Of a stretch of 27,207 nucleotides of DNA, positions 6,827 to 15,880 are shown one piece after another; positions within the stretch are counted from its first letter, which is position 1, and each line of letters opens with the position of its first letter. A program made the position numbers and the translations under genes. The stretch spans positions 1 to 27,207 of IMG/VR virus record IMGVR_UViG_3300032931_000218; one strand, given 5' to 3'. A model generated the notes under the pieces. It saw nothing but the letters and a program-made list of their open reading frames with translations. It was not told the origin of the DNA and made no database searches. Source of the stretch: a virus (taxonomy: Duplodnaviria; Caudoviricetes).

Positions 6827-9117
6827 TCACCTCCTGAAGGCATCATGGGCTGCTGCCCATCAGGCCCAGCCTGTTCCTGTTTGTCGATCTCTGCCATCGC
6901 AGGTTGAACCAGCGGGCCAACCAAGCCAGCGCTTTCGGGGTGGACCGACAGGTTCTGCGCGAGGTCGATAAGCTGCAAGCGCTCACGCGAAATGCGATCC
7001 GCCGCCTTACTCTTCAGTTCCTGCTCGGCAAGCAGCAGATTGTTCTGAGCCTTGACCATTTCGATCTTGGCCTTCATCAGATCCGCCTCGCCCTTCATTT
7101 CAGCAGCATGCGCCTTCGTCTGCGAATCCAGCATGGAAGCTTCCGCCTTCATCTGGTTAGTCTTCATCATGGCCTGCGCCTGTATCAGTTCAGGCGGCGG
7201 GGCAGATTGCACCGACTTGGGCGCAAGGAACTGCTCGGGGTTGCTCCAACCCATTGCCTTCAGCGCCTCGGTGTCGATGGCAATTGGGTCATACATGCCG
7301 GGATTGGATGCGGCTAACTGCTTCAGTGCCATGACCTTCATCAGCCGCTGCGTATGGCTGGCCGTGTTTGGGTCGGCCTGCGGAATCAGTTCGCAGTCAT
7401 CAAGGGCCTGCATGAACGTCTGCTCGCTCCACGGGTAGGACGGCTTGCCCTTACGCTGCAAGAAGCTCTCGGGGTTCTCCCTGAAGCAGCGGTCCAGAAG
7501 CTGAAACTCTTCAGCCTGCGCACTGTGCATACGCTTGTGTACGGCGTTCAGGATCTTTGTGGCTTGCTCGATCATCGCAAGGGTGGTGCCTACAGGGGCA
7601 TCTGCCCGGCCCTCGCCTACGGCCATCTCTGCCGTTCCACCGACACGCGCGCCAGTCTGCGCCATGTTGTCCGTAAGGGTCATCAGACCGCCGCCAACGT
7701 CTTTGTAGGGCAGAGGCATGATGGCCTGATTGATCGGCATGCCGCCAGTCTTGACCAGCGCGCCACCACCGGGAGGAACACGGAAGATGTTGGTGTTCTG
7801 CCTCGCGCCGGTATCCGCCATGAGGAAGCCGGGGAAGTTGGCATACATGCCAGCGTCCAGCATTTCGCGCCAAGCAGCCGTCAGGGCGTTTGTTGTGTTC
7901 CCAAGAATATGCAAAAGGCCCAGATCGTAGAAACCCATGCCGGGGACAAACGTATATTTTACAAAATTCTGGCGGGACGTTGGCAGTTCGGCATCATCCT
8001 CGTCAAAATTCCGCACAAGCGACAGGATTTCCTTGGTGGAAACGTCAATTGTCACTCGGTAGGGGATTTCGAGGCCCGATTCCTTGCCCTTGTACTTGTG
8101 TTCGAAGCCGCCAATGTCGAGTTCGCAGTAGCACTCGTAGATTTCGCGGTCGCGGTCGTCGGGATTGAAGGATTCTTGCGAGATTCCCTGTTGCGCGTTC
8201 TTTTCGCGCTGCACACTGTCCAAATCAATCGACTTTGGCGTGGAGAGATCGACATCGCGGTATACACCAAGGATCTGCAAGCGCTTTACGGTCGATGGGC
8301 GCATCGTTGTGCGGTGCGTCACACGTTTTGCATTGCGCAAATCAGTGGCGCTGTTGCTCACGATCAGGTCGTTAGCGTCCACGCTCTCGCTCACCGGGCG
8401 ATTCCGCAGCGGGCAGTAGTAGACCTTCTTGAACGCAGTCCCGCCAAAACCCAGCATGAGCAGCATGCGGTCAGTATCAGGGTAATACTCGCTCGCCACC
8501 GCCGTCAGGTAGTGGTTCAGATCCTTTTCCAGCGCGTTAGCCAGCGCATCCTGCTCGACGGTTGAGCCAACAGAATCGTTGCGGATCTTCACAGGTCCGT
8601 CAGTGGGCAGCATTTCACTGCGCGCATTTGCTTGGAATCGCAGCACTGCTTCAAGCAGCAGCGGATGTCGGACCTTGCTCATGCCTTCAATCGGCGCACC
8701 ATCAGATGCACCCTGCAAGCCGGGGATCTCGATCTTCAAGCCCAAAAGCTTAATGCCTTGAGCGCGATCCTCGATCCATTCAGAGCGGCTCTGGATGTCA
8801 TCGCCAATGCCACGCATCAGATCTTCCGAGATCCGGCTCAATTCACCTTCGTCAATGTCCTCAACAAGGTTGCGGAACCAGTCCTTGGCCTTCTCAGCCT
8901 CGCTCTCACCCTTATCGCCAATGGTTTTGCCATCAAGGGAGATTGAAATAGACCCATCGGGGTGTTTGATGCTGAGAATGTTTCCCTTATCATCCGTGTC
9001 AAAAGACGCAGGCTCATCATCAACCTCGACCGTCACGCCGTCATCGTTGGATGCAACAGGCGGCTCATCCGGGGGAAGCTTGCGAATGTTTGGCACTAGC
9101 CCCTTGGTCATCGGCAT
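6823..9117 (-). CDS. Portal protein (P22-like)
   Basis: 764 aa, just downstream of terL. Motifs HPLLLEAVLRFQA, GTAFKKVYY, PGMGFYDLGL, APVGTTLA and a C-terminal coiled coil. AAGGA RBS. Confidence 0.88.
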   Translation of the reverse strand: MPMTKGLVPNIRKLPPDEPPVASNDDGVTVEVDDEPASFDTDDKGNILSIKHPDGSISISLDGKTIGDKGESEAEKAKDWFRNLVEDIDEGELSRISEDLMRGIGDDIQSRSEWIEDRAQGIKLLGLKIEIPGLQGASDGAPIEGMSKVRHPLLLEAVLRFQANARSEMLPTDGPVKIRNDSVGSTVEQDALANALEKDLNHYLTAVASEYYPDTDRMLLMLGFGGTAFKKVYYCPLRNRPVSESVDANDLIVSNSATDLRNAKRVTHRTTMRPSTVKRLQILGVYRDVDLSTPKSIDLDSVQREKNAQQGISQESFNPDDRDREIYECYCELDIGGFEHKYKGKESGLEIPYRVTIDVSTKEILSLVRNFDEDDAELPTSRQNFVKYTFVPGMGFYDLGLLHILGNTTNALTAAWREMLDAGMYANFPGFLMADTGARQNTNIFRVPPGGGALVKTGGMPINQAIMPLPYKDVGGGLMTLTDNMAQTGARVGGTAEMAVGEGRADAPVGTTLAMIEQATKILNAVHKRMHSAQAEEFQLLDRCFRENPESFLQRKGKPSYPWSEQTFMQALDDCELIPQADPNTASHTQRLMKVMALKQLAASNPGMYDPIAIDTEALKAMGWSNPEQFLAPKSVQSAPPPELIQAQAMMKTNQMKAEASMLDSQTKAHAAEMKGEADLMKAKIEMVKAQNNLLLAEQELKSKAADRISRERLQLIDLAQNLSVHPESAGLVGPLVQPAMAEIDKQEQAGPDGQQPMMPSGGE

Positions 9118-9120
9118 CTG

Positions 9121-9333
9121 CTAATCCTTTGAAAGATCGAGCTTTTCCATCTCGGACACAAAGCGTCGAATACCTTCTTGAGCAGCTACTGTATCCGATT
9201 TCCCAAGAATTTCATAGGTGCGAACGTAATCATAAGGCGGCTGACCCCACACCTCCACCTTGAAGTTACCAACGCGAACCGGCGTTGCTTCCTTAAGTAC
9301 ATCGACAACTGCATTGGCTAGTATTCGCGTCAT
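9121..9333 (-). CDS. Small hypothetical protein between terL and portal (70 aa)
   Basis: Start re-called at ATG 9333 (MTRILANAVV) with an AGGGG RBS. The longer track ORF starts inside a structured intergenic element. Confidence 0.65.
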   Translation of the reverse strand: MTRILANAVVDVLKEATPVRVGNFKVEVWGQPPYDYVRTYEILGKSDTVAAQEGIRRFVSEMEKLDLSKD

Positions 9334-9349
9334 GGGAACCCCTGTAAGT

Positions 9350-9425
9350 TGGTGGGCTGGGCGAGCGGTCCAGCATCTCAGCTTCTGTTGATCAGACAGG
9401 GCCTCACTGGTCTTCCCAGCCACCA
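9350..9425. other. Structured intergenic inverted-repeat element
   Basis: TGGTGG(G)CTGGG at 9350-9361 pairs with CCCAGCCACCA at 9415-9425. Internal hairpins TCTG-TTGAT-CAGA and AGGGCC-TCACT-GGTCTT. Confidence 0.5.
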
Positions 9426-9429
9426 CTAC

Positions 9430-11061
9430 TCAGATACCATAAAGCGGCGGCGGTGCGGAACCGGTAAATTCCATTTTGCCTTCCAGATCCGCCGTCCACT
9501 CAGCCCCTCGCACCAACAGACCGATCTCACGCAAATGGCGAAGCGCCATGCTTGCGGTGTCCACCAAGTCGTCATGCTTGGCCTTTGGGAACGTGCTGAC
9601 TTGCGTGATCATCTGATCAGCCCATGACCGGTCTGGCGCGTAGATCATGCCTTCCGCAAACAAGTGCTGCACCGAGTATAGCCGGGACAATTTGTCTTGG
9701 CTCTTGGGGTCAACCAGTTGGACGGCAAAATCCTCGTGGCCGTAGAGCCTGCGGATTTCCTGCGCGGTGCTGATGCCCGCCGCCTTGTTCTCGATGAGCA
9801 ACTTGTCCACCTTGAACTTCTTCATGCTCTCCTGAACCTTCAAGACAAGTTCATGAAGCTCCAACCGCTCTTGCCACGCCCAGAGCAGCATCACCTTCGG
9901 GTGTTCTTCGGAGTAGGTGCGCTTGATAGACGAGAAGGATTCGCCGTCCTTGGATATGATGCGCGTTGCTACAGCAGCCTGAGTGCCGCCCGAGAACACG
10001 CCCCACACGCTCAATGCACTGTAATCGTTCTCGGTCTTTGTAGTGTATGCGGTGTCCAGTGACGCAATGACGTAATCCAGATTGGGGAACGTTTCGCCCT
10101 CCCAAAGCTGCCACCATTCCCGTTTGATAACACCGCCGCCCTTGGGCTCTGGCCGCTGCTGAAGCTGTCCAGCAGCCGTCCAAGGCCCCATCTGGCGCTC
10201 AAGGGTGGCAACTTCGCGCTCGCCAAATCTTTCGGGCCACAGAAGCTCCCCAGCCTCTGTGCGAGGGTCTGTCCATCCGATGCTGGTGCTGAAGGACCGT
10301 TCCGGCTCGTACCGCATGGGCAGGCACAAGTGCGTCCACTCGCCGATGTCCTTGCTCAGGATATGCCCGGTTAGGTCTTCTTCCGACAGACGCTGTTGGA
10401 TCACAACGAACGCACCGGTCTTGGCATTGTTCAAGCGGGTCGAAAGCGCGCCATCCCACCACTCGATGGTGCTGGCAATCGTCGCCTCGCTGAAGGCTTC
10501 CTGCGCAGCATTCGGATCGTCGATCACGATGATGTTGCCGCCTTCACCCGTGAGCGATGAGCCCACCGAGGTGGACAGGCGAGACCCGCCCTGATCATTG
10601 TCAAAGCGGGTCTTGGTGTTCTGATCAGCCATCAAGCTATACCGATCACCCCATAACGACTGATACCAAGGGCTCTCGATCAGGCGGCGGCACTTGGTGG
10701 AATCGCGCAGCGTGAGGTTCTGAGCATAAGACGCATGCAGGAACTGGACGCCCGGCCCGCTGGTGTCGCTCCTACGCTTCTGCGCCCATGTGAACGCAGG
10801 GAAGGCTACGGAGGTCAGGGACGACTTTGCGCAGCGTGGAGGTATGTTGATGATCAGACGCTTGATGTCGCCGTCTACGACCGCCTGAAGGTGTTCTGCG
10901 ACCGCCTCAATGGGCCAGCCGTGGGCGAATGGCGCTGGGTCGATGTAGCGCCAACCATTTTGAAGAAACGTATATAGGCTTTCCTCGCAGTCGGCCCGAT
11001 CCAGATCGAGAAGCTGCTCTTCAATGGAGATCTTCTTGCCATCCAGATCAATGATCTTCAT
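9430..11061 (-). CDS. terL: Terminase large subunit
   Basis: Walker A-type IINIPPRCAKS, Walker B IIVIDDP, coupling motif VIQQRL, and RNase H-like nuclease motifs SLDTAY...DYSA...IENKAAG...HDDLVD. Start re-called at 11061 (ATGA overlap with the upstream gene). Confidence 0.95.
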   Translation of the reverse strand: MKIIDLDGKKISIEEQLLDLDRADCEESLYTFLQNGWRYIDPAPFAHGWPIEAVAEHLQAVVDGDIKRLIINIPPRCAKSSLTSVAFPAFTWAQKRRSDTSGPGVQFLHASYAQNLTLRDSTKCRRLIESPWYQSLWGDRYSLMADQNTKTRFDNDQGGSRLSTSVGSSLTGEGGNIIVIDDPNAAQEAFSEATIASTIEWWDGALSTRLNNAKTGAFVVIQQRLSEEDLTGHILSKDIGEWTHLCLPMRYEPERSFSTSIGWTDPRTEAGELLWPERFGEREVATLERQMGPWTAAGQLQQRPEPKGGGVIKREWWQLWEGETFPNLDYVIASLDTAYTTKTENDYSALSVWGVFSGGTQAAVATRIISKDGESFSSIKRTYSEEHPKVMLLWAWQERLELHELVLKVQESMKKFKVDKLLIENKAAGISTAQEIRRLYGHEDFAVQLVDPKSQDKLSRLYSVQHLFAEGMIYAPDRSWADQMITQVSTFPKAKHDDLVDTASMALRHLREIGLLVRGAEWTADLEGKMEFTGSAPPPLYGI

Positions 11062-11303
11062 TTGCTTGCCTTGGCCCAACACTTGATAGGCAATCGAGTA
11101 AACGTCAAATACCGTTCTTTAGTGGTCGTATCGCGCCAGCAATCAAGGTACACGCGCACCGAATGACCTAATCGCTTGGTAAAGATCAAATCACCATCAG
11201 GCTCTTCATAGGCGTAGCCGTTTTCATCATCCAACTCAGGGCGACGAAGCCAGCCAAAGCAGTAATGCCAATTGCTGGTGATATACTCATCATCATCCTT
11301 CAT
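11058..11303 (-). CDS. Hypothetical protein
   Basis: 81 aa, ATGA-coupled to neighbours at both ends. Confidence 0.65.
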   Translation of the reverse strand: MKDDDEYITSNWHYCFGWLRRPELDDENGYAYEEPDGDLIFTKRLGHSVRVYLDCWRDTTTKERYLTFTRLPIKCWAKASK

Positions 11304-11476
11304 GCGTCCACCATATCACGTTTAATGATGCGCCAGAAATCTAGTTCCGGGTGCGGCTCTGCAATGTATCCTGTAGGAGGTTCAAAGCCATAAGCATGAA
11401 TGACCATGCCCGGAATCCACAAACCTTGCATTAGGCGAGCTTTCCAACGGCGTTTAGAGATGCGCTTAAGTATCAT
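11300..11476 (-). CDS. Hypothetical protein (58 aa, not in ORF track)
   Basis: MILKRISKRRWKARLMQGLWIPG...KRDMVDA. GGAGGGG RBS, fills the gap exactly, stop overlaps the next start. Confidence 0.65.
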   Translation of the reverse strand: MILKRISKRRWKARLMQGLWIPGMVIHAYGFEPPTGYIAEPHPELDFWRIIKRDMVDA

Positions 11477-11705
11477 CTTTCCCCTCCAGTGCTTTGCGGG
11501 CGATTCGGCAGTGGCAATCTATTGATCCGCACCACCGTCCGTTATTTTCCCATGTGCATTTTGTTAGCATCTCCCGCAGCGCCGCCTCCAGCTTTTCGAT
11601 GCGGTCGGCTTGCTTTTCCAAGTAATCAAATGTGCCCTCACACGCCCGGATTAGCGTGCCGTCTGGCAGCGACCCGTCCACCATTTTTTTCATACGATCA
11701 GTCAT
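11466..11705 (-). CDS. Small coiled-coil phage protein (RIEKLEA...ARKALEGKD type)
   Basis: 79 aa, GGAGGGG RBS, shares its C-terminus with the upstream gene. Confidence 0.7.
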   Translation of the reverse strand: MTDRMKKMVDGSLPDGTLIRACEGTFDYLEKQADRIEKLEAALREMLTKCTWENNGRWCGSIDCHCRIARKALEGKDDT

Positions 11706-11731
11706 CTTTCCCCTCCAGTGCTTTGCGGGCG
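11473..11731. repeat. Perfect 30-bp direct repeat at gene junctions (11473-11502 and 11702-11731)
   Basis: TCATCTTTCCCCTCCAGTGCTTTGCGGGCG occurs twice. On the minus strand it encodes ARKALEGKD and carries the RBS and ATG of the next gene. Confidence 0.95.
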
Positions 11732-12009
11732 GCGATCAGATCAGAGGATGACGGGGCGCAGCCATTCATCTCACACCACTTGTGATACGTCGCCAGCCAC
11801 TTGGCATCGTCCTTCGTGACGGCCTCCAACTTCTCGATGCGGGCATATAATTGCAGGGCGTCACAAGACAATTTGTCATTTGCAGCGCCAAGCTCGTCGA
11901 TGCGTGCGTCTCGTTCCACAATGAATACATTGTATCGAACAAGCCATTCCTGCCACTGCGGAAACGTCATTTCGCCAACTTTAAGATCGAAGCCCATGTC
12001 GTCGCTCAT
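11698..12009 (-). CDS. Small coiled-coil phage protein
   Basis: 103 aa, contains RIEKLEA and ARKALEGKDD, ATGA-coupled. Confidence 0.7.
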   Translation of the reverse strand: MSDDMGFDLKVGEMTFPQWQEWLVRYNVFIVERDARIDELGAANDKLSCDALQLYARIEKLEAVTKDDAKWLATYHKWCEMNGCAPSSSDLIAARKALEGKDD

Positions 12010-12341
12010 AGCCCCTCCCCCTCTTCAAAATCCAGATCAACTCTGATGCAGGCGATGCGGTTAGTGATTTCGTCATATGCTACTTCTGTGGCGCAGACTG
12101 TGCTGTTTTTGAACACATGCAGCCACACCGTCCGCTTGTGGCGGGGGCGGACTTCGATGAGGTCGCCACCGCCTTCACGTCCGGGAATGCGCATACCATC
12201 TAATTGCCAAGTAAAAAGTTCCCATCCAGTTTCGTATTTAATTGAGCCATGAACCGGATATTTGTCTGCCCCATCCGTCGCATAGATGCGGACTTCACGG
12301 CCATCGCGAGTGCGGTACTTTTTGTGGATGTCGATCATCAT
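12006..12341 (-). CDS. Hypothetical phage protein (YRTRDGREVRIYATD motif)
   Basis: 111 aa, coupled start and stop, AGGGGG RBS. Confidence 0.7.
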   Translation of the reverse strand: MMIDIHKKYRTRDGREVRIYATDGADKYPVHGSIKYETGWELFTWQLDGMRIPGREGGGDLIEVRPRHKRTVWLHVFKNSTVCATEVAYDEITNRIACIRVDLDFEEGEGL

Positions 12342-12568
12342 TTATCCCCCTTCTTAGGCGGCGCAGGCAAAGGCATCCACATTGCGTCCATTTCTTTCAA
12401 ATCTATGTGGATCTGATCGACATATCTGCCGCCATCATATGTCCCGCAGCCAATGTCCCATTCGTCGTTAGGGTCATACCAATGGCTACCCTTCTTCCAA
12501 TAGAAGGCGATTAACACATATTGCCCTCTTGGCGCGGTGTCGATTGGTTGCCATTCAGTCATCATCAT
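12338..12568 (-). CDS. DUF551-like protein
   Basis: EWQPIDTAP...WMPLPAPP signature. Confidence 0.8.
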   Translation of the reverse strand: MMMTEWQPIDTAPRGQYVLIAFYWKKGSHWYDPNDEWDIGCGTYDGGRYVDQIHIDLKEMDAMWMPLPAPPKKGDK

Positions 12569-12693
12569 CCCCCTTTAAAGATGTCACGCAGCGTCTGCCA
12601 CATCATGTAAGTGAAAAGAATCACTGTGCCGCCTATCATAAACAACGCCCAGATGATGAAGACCAGTTGGCCCAGTGCCTTAAGGTAATCCAT
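12565..12693 (-). CDS. Small single-pass membrane protein (42 aa, not in ORF track)
   Basis: MDYLKALGQLVFIIWALFMIGGTVILFTYMMWQTLRDIFKGG. GGAG RBS, stop overlaps the next start. Confidence 0.6.
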   Translation of the reverse strand: MDYLKALGQLVFIIWALFMIGGTVILFTYMMWQTLRDIFKGG

Positions 12694-13081
12694 CTTTCTT
12701 CTCCATCAGTTTCTCAACCTTCGCTTTGTTCTCATCGTCCAGAAAGTAACCCAGCCCCCGGCAATTGCTGATCTCAATGCCACGCTCGTGCAGTTTCTTC
12801 TTCAGCTTGTGTATCGCTACTTTAACGCGATGGTGGGCATAGTCCTCCCCCTCATCCCTGCCAAGATGGCCTGTCTGTGAGCCAATTGAATCTAGATAGG
12901 CGTAGGTGGCGATCCGTTTGCTGTAAATTCCCATGAGCAGCGCAGCGTGCTGACGTGACAATATTCGCAGAAACGGATTTTCAGCCGGGACAAGCGTTTC
13001 TCGCAACTGGCGAAGCTCTTCTTCCAGCACCCCGATGTATCTTTTCAGTGCAGCGATGTGGATGTCAGCAGAGGTTGTCAT
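12680..13081 (-). CDS. OmpR/CtrA-type winged-helix DNA-binding protein lacking a receiver domain
   Basis: VKVAIHKLKKKL...IEISNCRGLGYFL matches the Trans_reg_C recognition helix and wing. N-terminal coiled coil. Start re-called at 13081 (TAATG overlap). Confidence 0.75.
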   Translation of the reverse strand: MTTSADIHIAALKRYIGVLEEELRQLRETLVPAENPFLRILSRQHAALLMGIYSKRIATYAYLDSIGSQTGHLGRDEGEDYAHHRVKVAIHKLKKKLHERGIEISNCRGLGYFLDDENKAKVEKLMEKKDGLP

Positions 13082-13278
13082 TAGCGCGCTCCCCGCCAAA
13101 CCTCATCAACGATCTTGCTCACAGCGTCCCGCGCCGCAGCGTCCTCAATGTGCTTGAATGCCAGATCCTCGATCTGACGCAAAGCAGTCTCCATCTGGTC
13201 AATGGTCTTCTCAGCTTGGAGATATTGATCGTACCAGCGTTTTTCTTGAGCTTCCCAATAATGCGCTTGCTTAGACAT
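13081..13278 (-). CDS. Hypothetical coiled-coil protein
   Basis: Start re-called at ATG 13278 with a TAAGGAG RBS. Confidence 0.65.
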   Translation of the reverse strand: MSKQAHYWEAQEKRWYDQYLQAEKTIDQMETALRQIEDLAFKHIEDAAARDAVSKIVDEVWRGAR

Positions 13279-13305
13279 GTGTGATTGCTCCTTATTATGC
13301 AGGAA

Positions 13306-13334
13306 CAATGTAAACCCTAGGCTTGCGCAGTCAA
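13306..13334 (-). promoter_or_regulatory. Putative sigma70-type promoter (TTGACT-N16-TACATT)
   Basis: Lies in a short intergenic gap upstream of the TAAGGAG RBS of the 13278 gene. Confidence 0.45.
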
Positions 13335-13337
13335 CAT

Positions 13338-13556
13338 CTATGGATTGTTAACAACAGGTTTCTCGCGGCCATATGTGACGTTGGTCTGGGCGCGAACATC
13401 CTGATTCCGCCAGCACCAGATCTCGCCATCGTTTTGGAAGCAGACCCAGATAAGGTCATGCTCCGAGCCATAGTCGATTAGCACCTCCGCGAGAGCTTTG
13501 CCCCGAGGCGTCGTCACTGGGATTGGCGGGTTGAGTTGCAACATGCTCTGGCTCAT
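13338..13556 (-). CDS. Hypothetical phage protein (LQLNPPIPV...LIDYG motif)
   Basis: 72 aa, overlaps the upstream stop codon. Confidence 0.7.
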   Translation of the reverse strand: MSQSMLQLNPPIPVTTPRGKALAEVLIDYGSEHDLIWVCFQNDGEIWCWRNQDVRAQTNVTYGREKPVVNNP

Positions 13557-13732
13557 TTAGGCGGCTCCGGTAGTGGCATCCAATGGGTGGGTTCAGAAAG
13601 AGATATGTCGTCTCTTTTTTCAAACCACCACATCCCATGATAGGAGCTTGCTACCCAAACTGACCCCTCACTAAACACCAGAATTTCTGTATCATCCTTC
13701 GGCGCTGTCTCTATCGGTTGCCATTCACTCAT
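13553..13732 (-). CDS. DUF551-like protein
   Basis: MSEWQPIETAPKD...PTHWMPLPEPP. Confidence 0.85.
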   Translation of the reverse strand: MSEWQPIETAPKDDTEILVFSEGSVWVASSYHGMWWFEKRDDISLSEPTHWMPLPEPPK

Positions 13733-14273
13733 CTTCATCCCCCTGTGTCTGCGCCTGCGCGGCCATCAGGATGGCTCTCAGAGCGTCCCGCTGGTCAGCG
13801 TCTAGTGAGGCGCTGTCTATGATCGTGTGCTGCTGCATCTGGATGGGAGCCCCATCCCTGCCCGTTACCTCGGTGTGCTGCTTGGGCGCGTACTTCTTCG
13901 GGAAGATCTTCTCAGCCCTCCACTGAAGCCCGGCAAGCTTCACCCGGTCAGCGGGAGCCGATTCGGGCGTCACGTTCTTGATTACCTTGTCGATTTCATG
14001 CACTTTGTAGTCCGCAAGGCCTTCTCGCGCGCGCGCGCACCATGAGTCGAACTCTGGATGCTCTCTCTGCCACCTATAAACTGATCCCCTATTCCACCCC
14101 AAAATATCACACGCCTCCACCAGATCATGCCCAGCGATCATCACATCGAAGATACGCTCCCCATACTCTGGCTTGTATGTGACGCGCTTGGTGAGTGCGC
14201 GGATGATAGGATCGGTAGCCGGAGCTACCTCTCCCTTTTGCTCAGTTGATGCTGGCTTAGGCTTCTTCGCCAT
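13725..14273 (-). CDS. terS: Terminase small subunit (Sf6 gp1-like)
   Basis: YKPEYGERI...HTH...SVYRWQREHPEF...ARARE...PKKY...EVTGRDGAPI. Start re-called at MAKKPKP with a GAGG RBS. Confidence 0.85.
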   Translation of the reverse strand: MAKKPKPASTEQKGEVAPATDPIIRALTKRVTYKPEYGERIFDVMIAGHDLVEACDILGWNRGSVYRWQREHPEFDSWCARAREGLADYKVHEIDKVIKNVTPESAPADRVKLAGLQWRAEKIFPKKYAPKQHTEVTGRDGAPIQMQQHTIIDSASLDADQRDALRAILMAAQAQTQGDEDE

Positions 14274-14727
14274 GTGGTGCCTCTTTGGTTCTGGCTCTGA
14301 ATCCCTCAAGCCAAATGCGCCGCTGTTCGTTACCCCATATATCTCGGACGCGCCCACCTGTTATTCCATAGGCTCGGCCAATAGATGCGTAAGATTCACC
14401 TTGAGCGATCCGTTTGAAGATTTCCTCATCCCTACCTTCAGGCACAGGCGGGCGGACTTTGTATGATCCGCCAGCCTTACGCAGGATGTTCCTAATTGCT
14501 ACGCTACTGATGCCGTAGTCGATAGCAATTTCCCGAATGGGCTGACCGCTTTCATAGGCTTTGTTAACATTAGCATTGCGCTGGGCTATCCCGTTTATTG
14601 TAGTGCTAAAGCGGGCTAGGCGTTGATAGTACTCCACATCGCCTTCCCACTTATGTCGTGGACACTCAGGACAGTTAAGCCTACCGCCGTCCCATATGGG
14701 GGTCAGTTCAAAACTCTTCTGATCCAT
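14257..14727 (-). CDS. Double-HTH (sigma region 4-like) DNA-binding protein, possible late regulator
   Basis: Two HTH-like segments, GQPIREIAIDYGISSVAIRNIL and GESYASIGRAYGITGGRVRDI. Confidence 0.65.
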   Translation of the reverse strand: MDQKSFELTPIWDGGRLNCPECPRHKWEGDVEYYQRLARFSTTINGIAQRNANVNKAYESGQPIREIAIDYGISSVAIRNILRKAGGSYKVRPPVPEGRDEEIFKRIAQGESYASIGRAYGITGGRVRDIWGNEQRRIWLEGFRARTKEAPHGEEA

Positions 14728-15868
14728 CTGGTGCCTCGTTCCCTATTACGTCCCAGCCCATGCGGCCCATACGCGCAAACATCTCCAGTTTCGGTGTCGT
14801 CGGGTACAGACTAGCGATCATGTCTGCGAAGAAGGCTGGCTTCTCGCTGTGGCGCAGCAGGGGCAGTTCGATGACCGATGGGGGCTGTGTTCCCATTGCC
14901 GGGGCTGGTACGCTGCCCTTGGTGGCGATCAGCAGTAGCTCATGCTTGTTGCGGGTCCAGTAGCCGGTGCCTATGCGATCCTTGATCCAGCAGATGTGAG
15001 ACTTGTACTCAAAGCCCCATGAGGAAAGCAGATCGAGCGCTTCGGGCAGCATCGGAACTGTAGCCCACATGAACATCACGCAGTCGTCAGCAGCAGGGAC
15101 ATCCAGCGTTAGCATGTCGAACATGGACATGGTTGGATAGTGGTTGTCAGCGCTGCGATCCATCCCGTTCTCTGAATGGGTCTCGAACTTCCACGGCGGA
15201 TCTGCATAGATCACCCCGTAGAGCTTGCCGGTGCCGGTTAAGGACTGGGTGATGGTCCGATCTGCAAGCGACTGTTCCTTTTCCTGCCGGGCAATCTTTT
15301 TGATGGCATGCTCTGGGCGAGGGTCAGCGAGGATCTGCGCCTGCTGCTCTGGCTCCATGTCTGCGATCTTTGCCCCCAAATTCACGGACACACGCCCAGC
15401 ATCGACCGCATCGACCAGATCTGCGGAGCCCTTGCTCAGAACCACATTGGCCCGCTTAACCGATCTTTCCCCCACGCTCATCTTCTCAGCAGCTTCCTTG
15501 ACGCTGATCTTCCCAGCGGGGCCACTTGGCCCCACTGACTTGCGCTCGGTTGGACGCATGTTAGCCACCCGCCCAGCGATCATGGCGCGCTGCGATTCAT
15601 CCAGATGCCTGCGGGACAGGTTATGCGCTAGGACATATCCGAGGGGGTCTTCGCCGCCGTACTCCTCAAACTTGGGCACAAGGCCAAGGTTGATGCAGGC
15701 CTTGTACCTGTGTCGGCCATCGAGGATCTTCCCCTCATACAGGACGACCGGGCTGAGAAGCCCATTATCCTTGATGCTATCTACTAGCGCATTGAACTGA
15801 TCCTGCGGCATGAGCGGGAACATGGCGCAAAGTTCATGTATTTCGTATTCCATTGTCTCGTTTGTCAT
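14708..15868 (-). CDS. ParB-like N-terminal domain fused to an MT-A70 family N6-adenine methyltransferase
   Basis: N-terminal LVDSIKDNGLLSPV...ILDGRHRYKAC...NLSRRHL. C-terminal YGVIYADPPW, FMWAT, WIK...GTGYWTRNKHELLL, HSEKP, KLEMFAR. Start uncertain (15880, 15868 or 15853). Confidence 0.9.
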   Translation of the reverse strand: MTNETMEYEIHELCAMFPLMPQDQFNALVDSIKDNGLLSPVVLYEGKILDGRHRYKACINLGLVPKFEEYGGEDPLGYVLAHNLSRRHLDESQRAMIAGRVANMRPTERKSVGPSGPAGKISVKEAAEKMSVGERSVKRANVVLSKGSADLVDAVDAGRVSVNLGAKIADMEPEQQAQILADPRPEHAIKKIARQEKEQSLADRTITQSLTGTGKLYGVIYADPPWKFETHSENGMDRSADNHYPTMSMFDMLTLDVPAADDCVMFMWATVPMLPEALDLLSSWGFEYKSHICWIKDRIGTGYWTRNKHELLLIATKGSVPAPAMGTQPPSVIELPLLRHSEKPAFFADMIASLYPTTPKLEMFARMGRMGWDVIGNEAPDGSEEF

Positions 15869-15880
15869 ACCAACCCCCAT

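Noticed and set aside
9355-9425. Bona fide tRNA gene
   Set aside because: No TTC-type T loop or valid anticodon arm; the CCA is part of a longer helix.
14708-15868. Restriction-modification system
   Set aside because: No adjacent endonuclease; the PD-(D/E)xK and HNH genes are about 8 kb away in the recombination operon.
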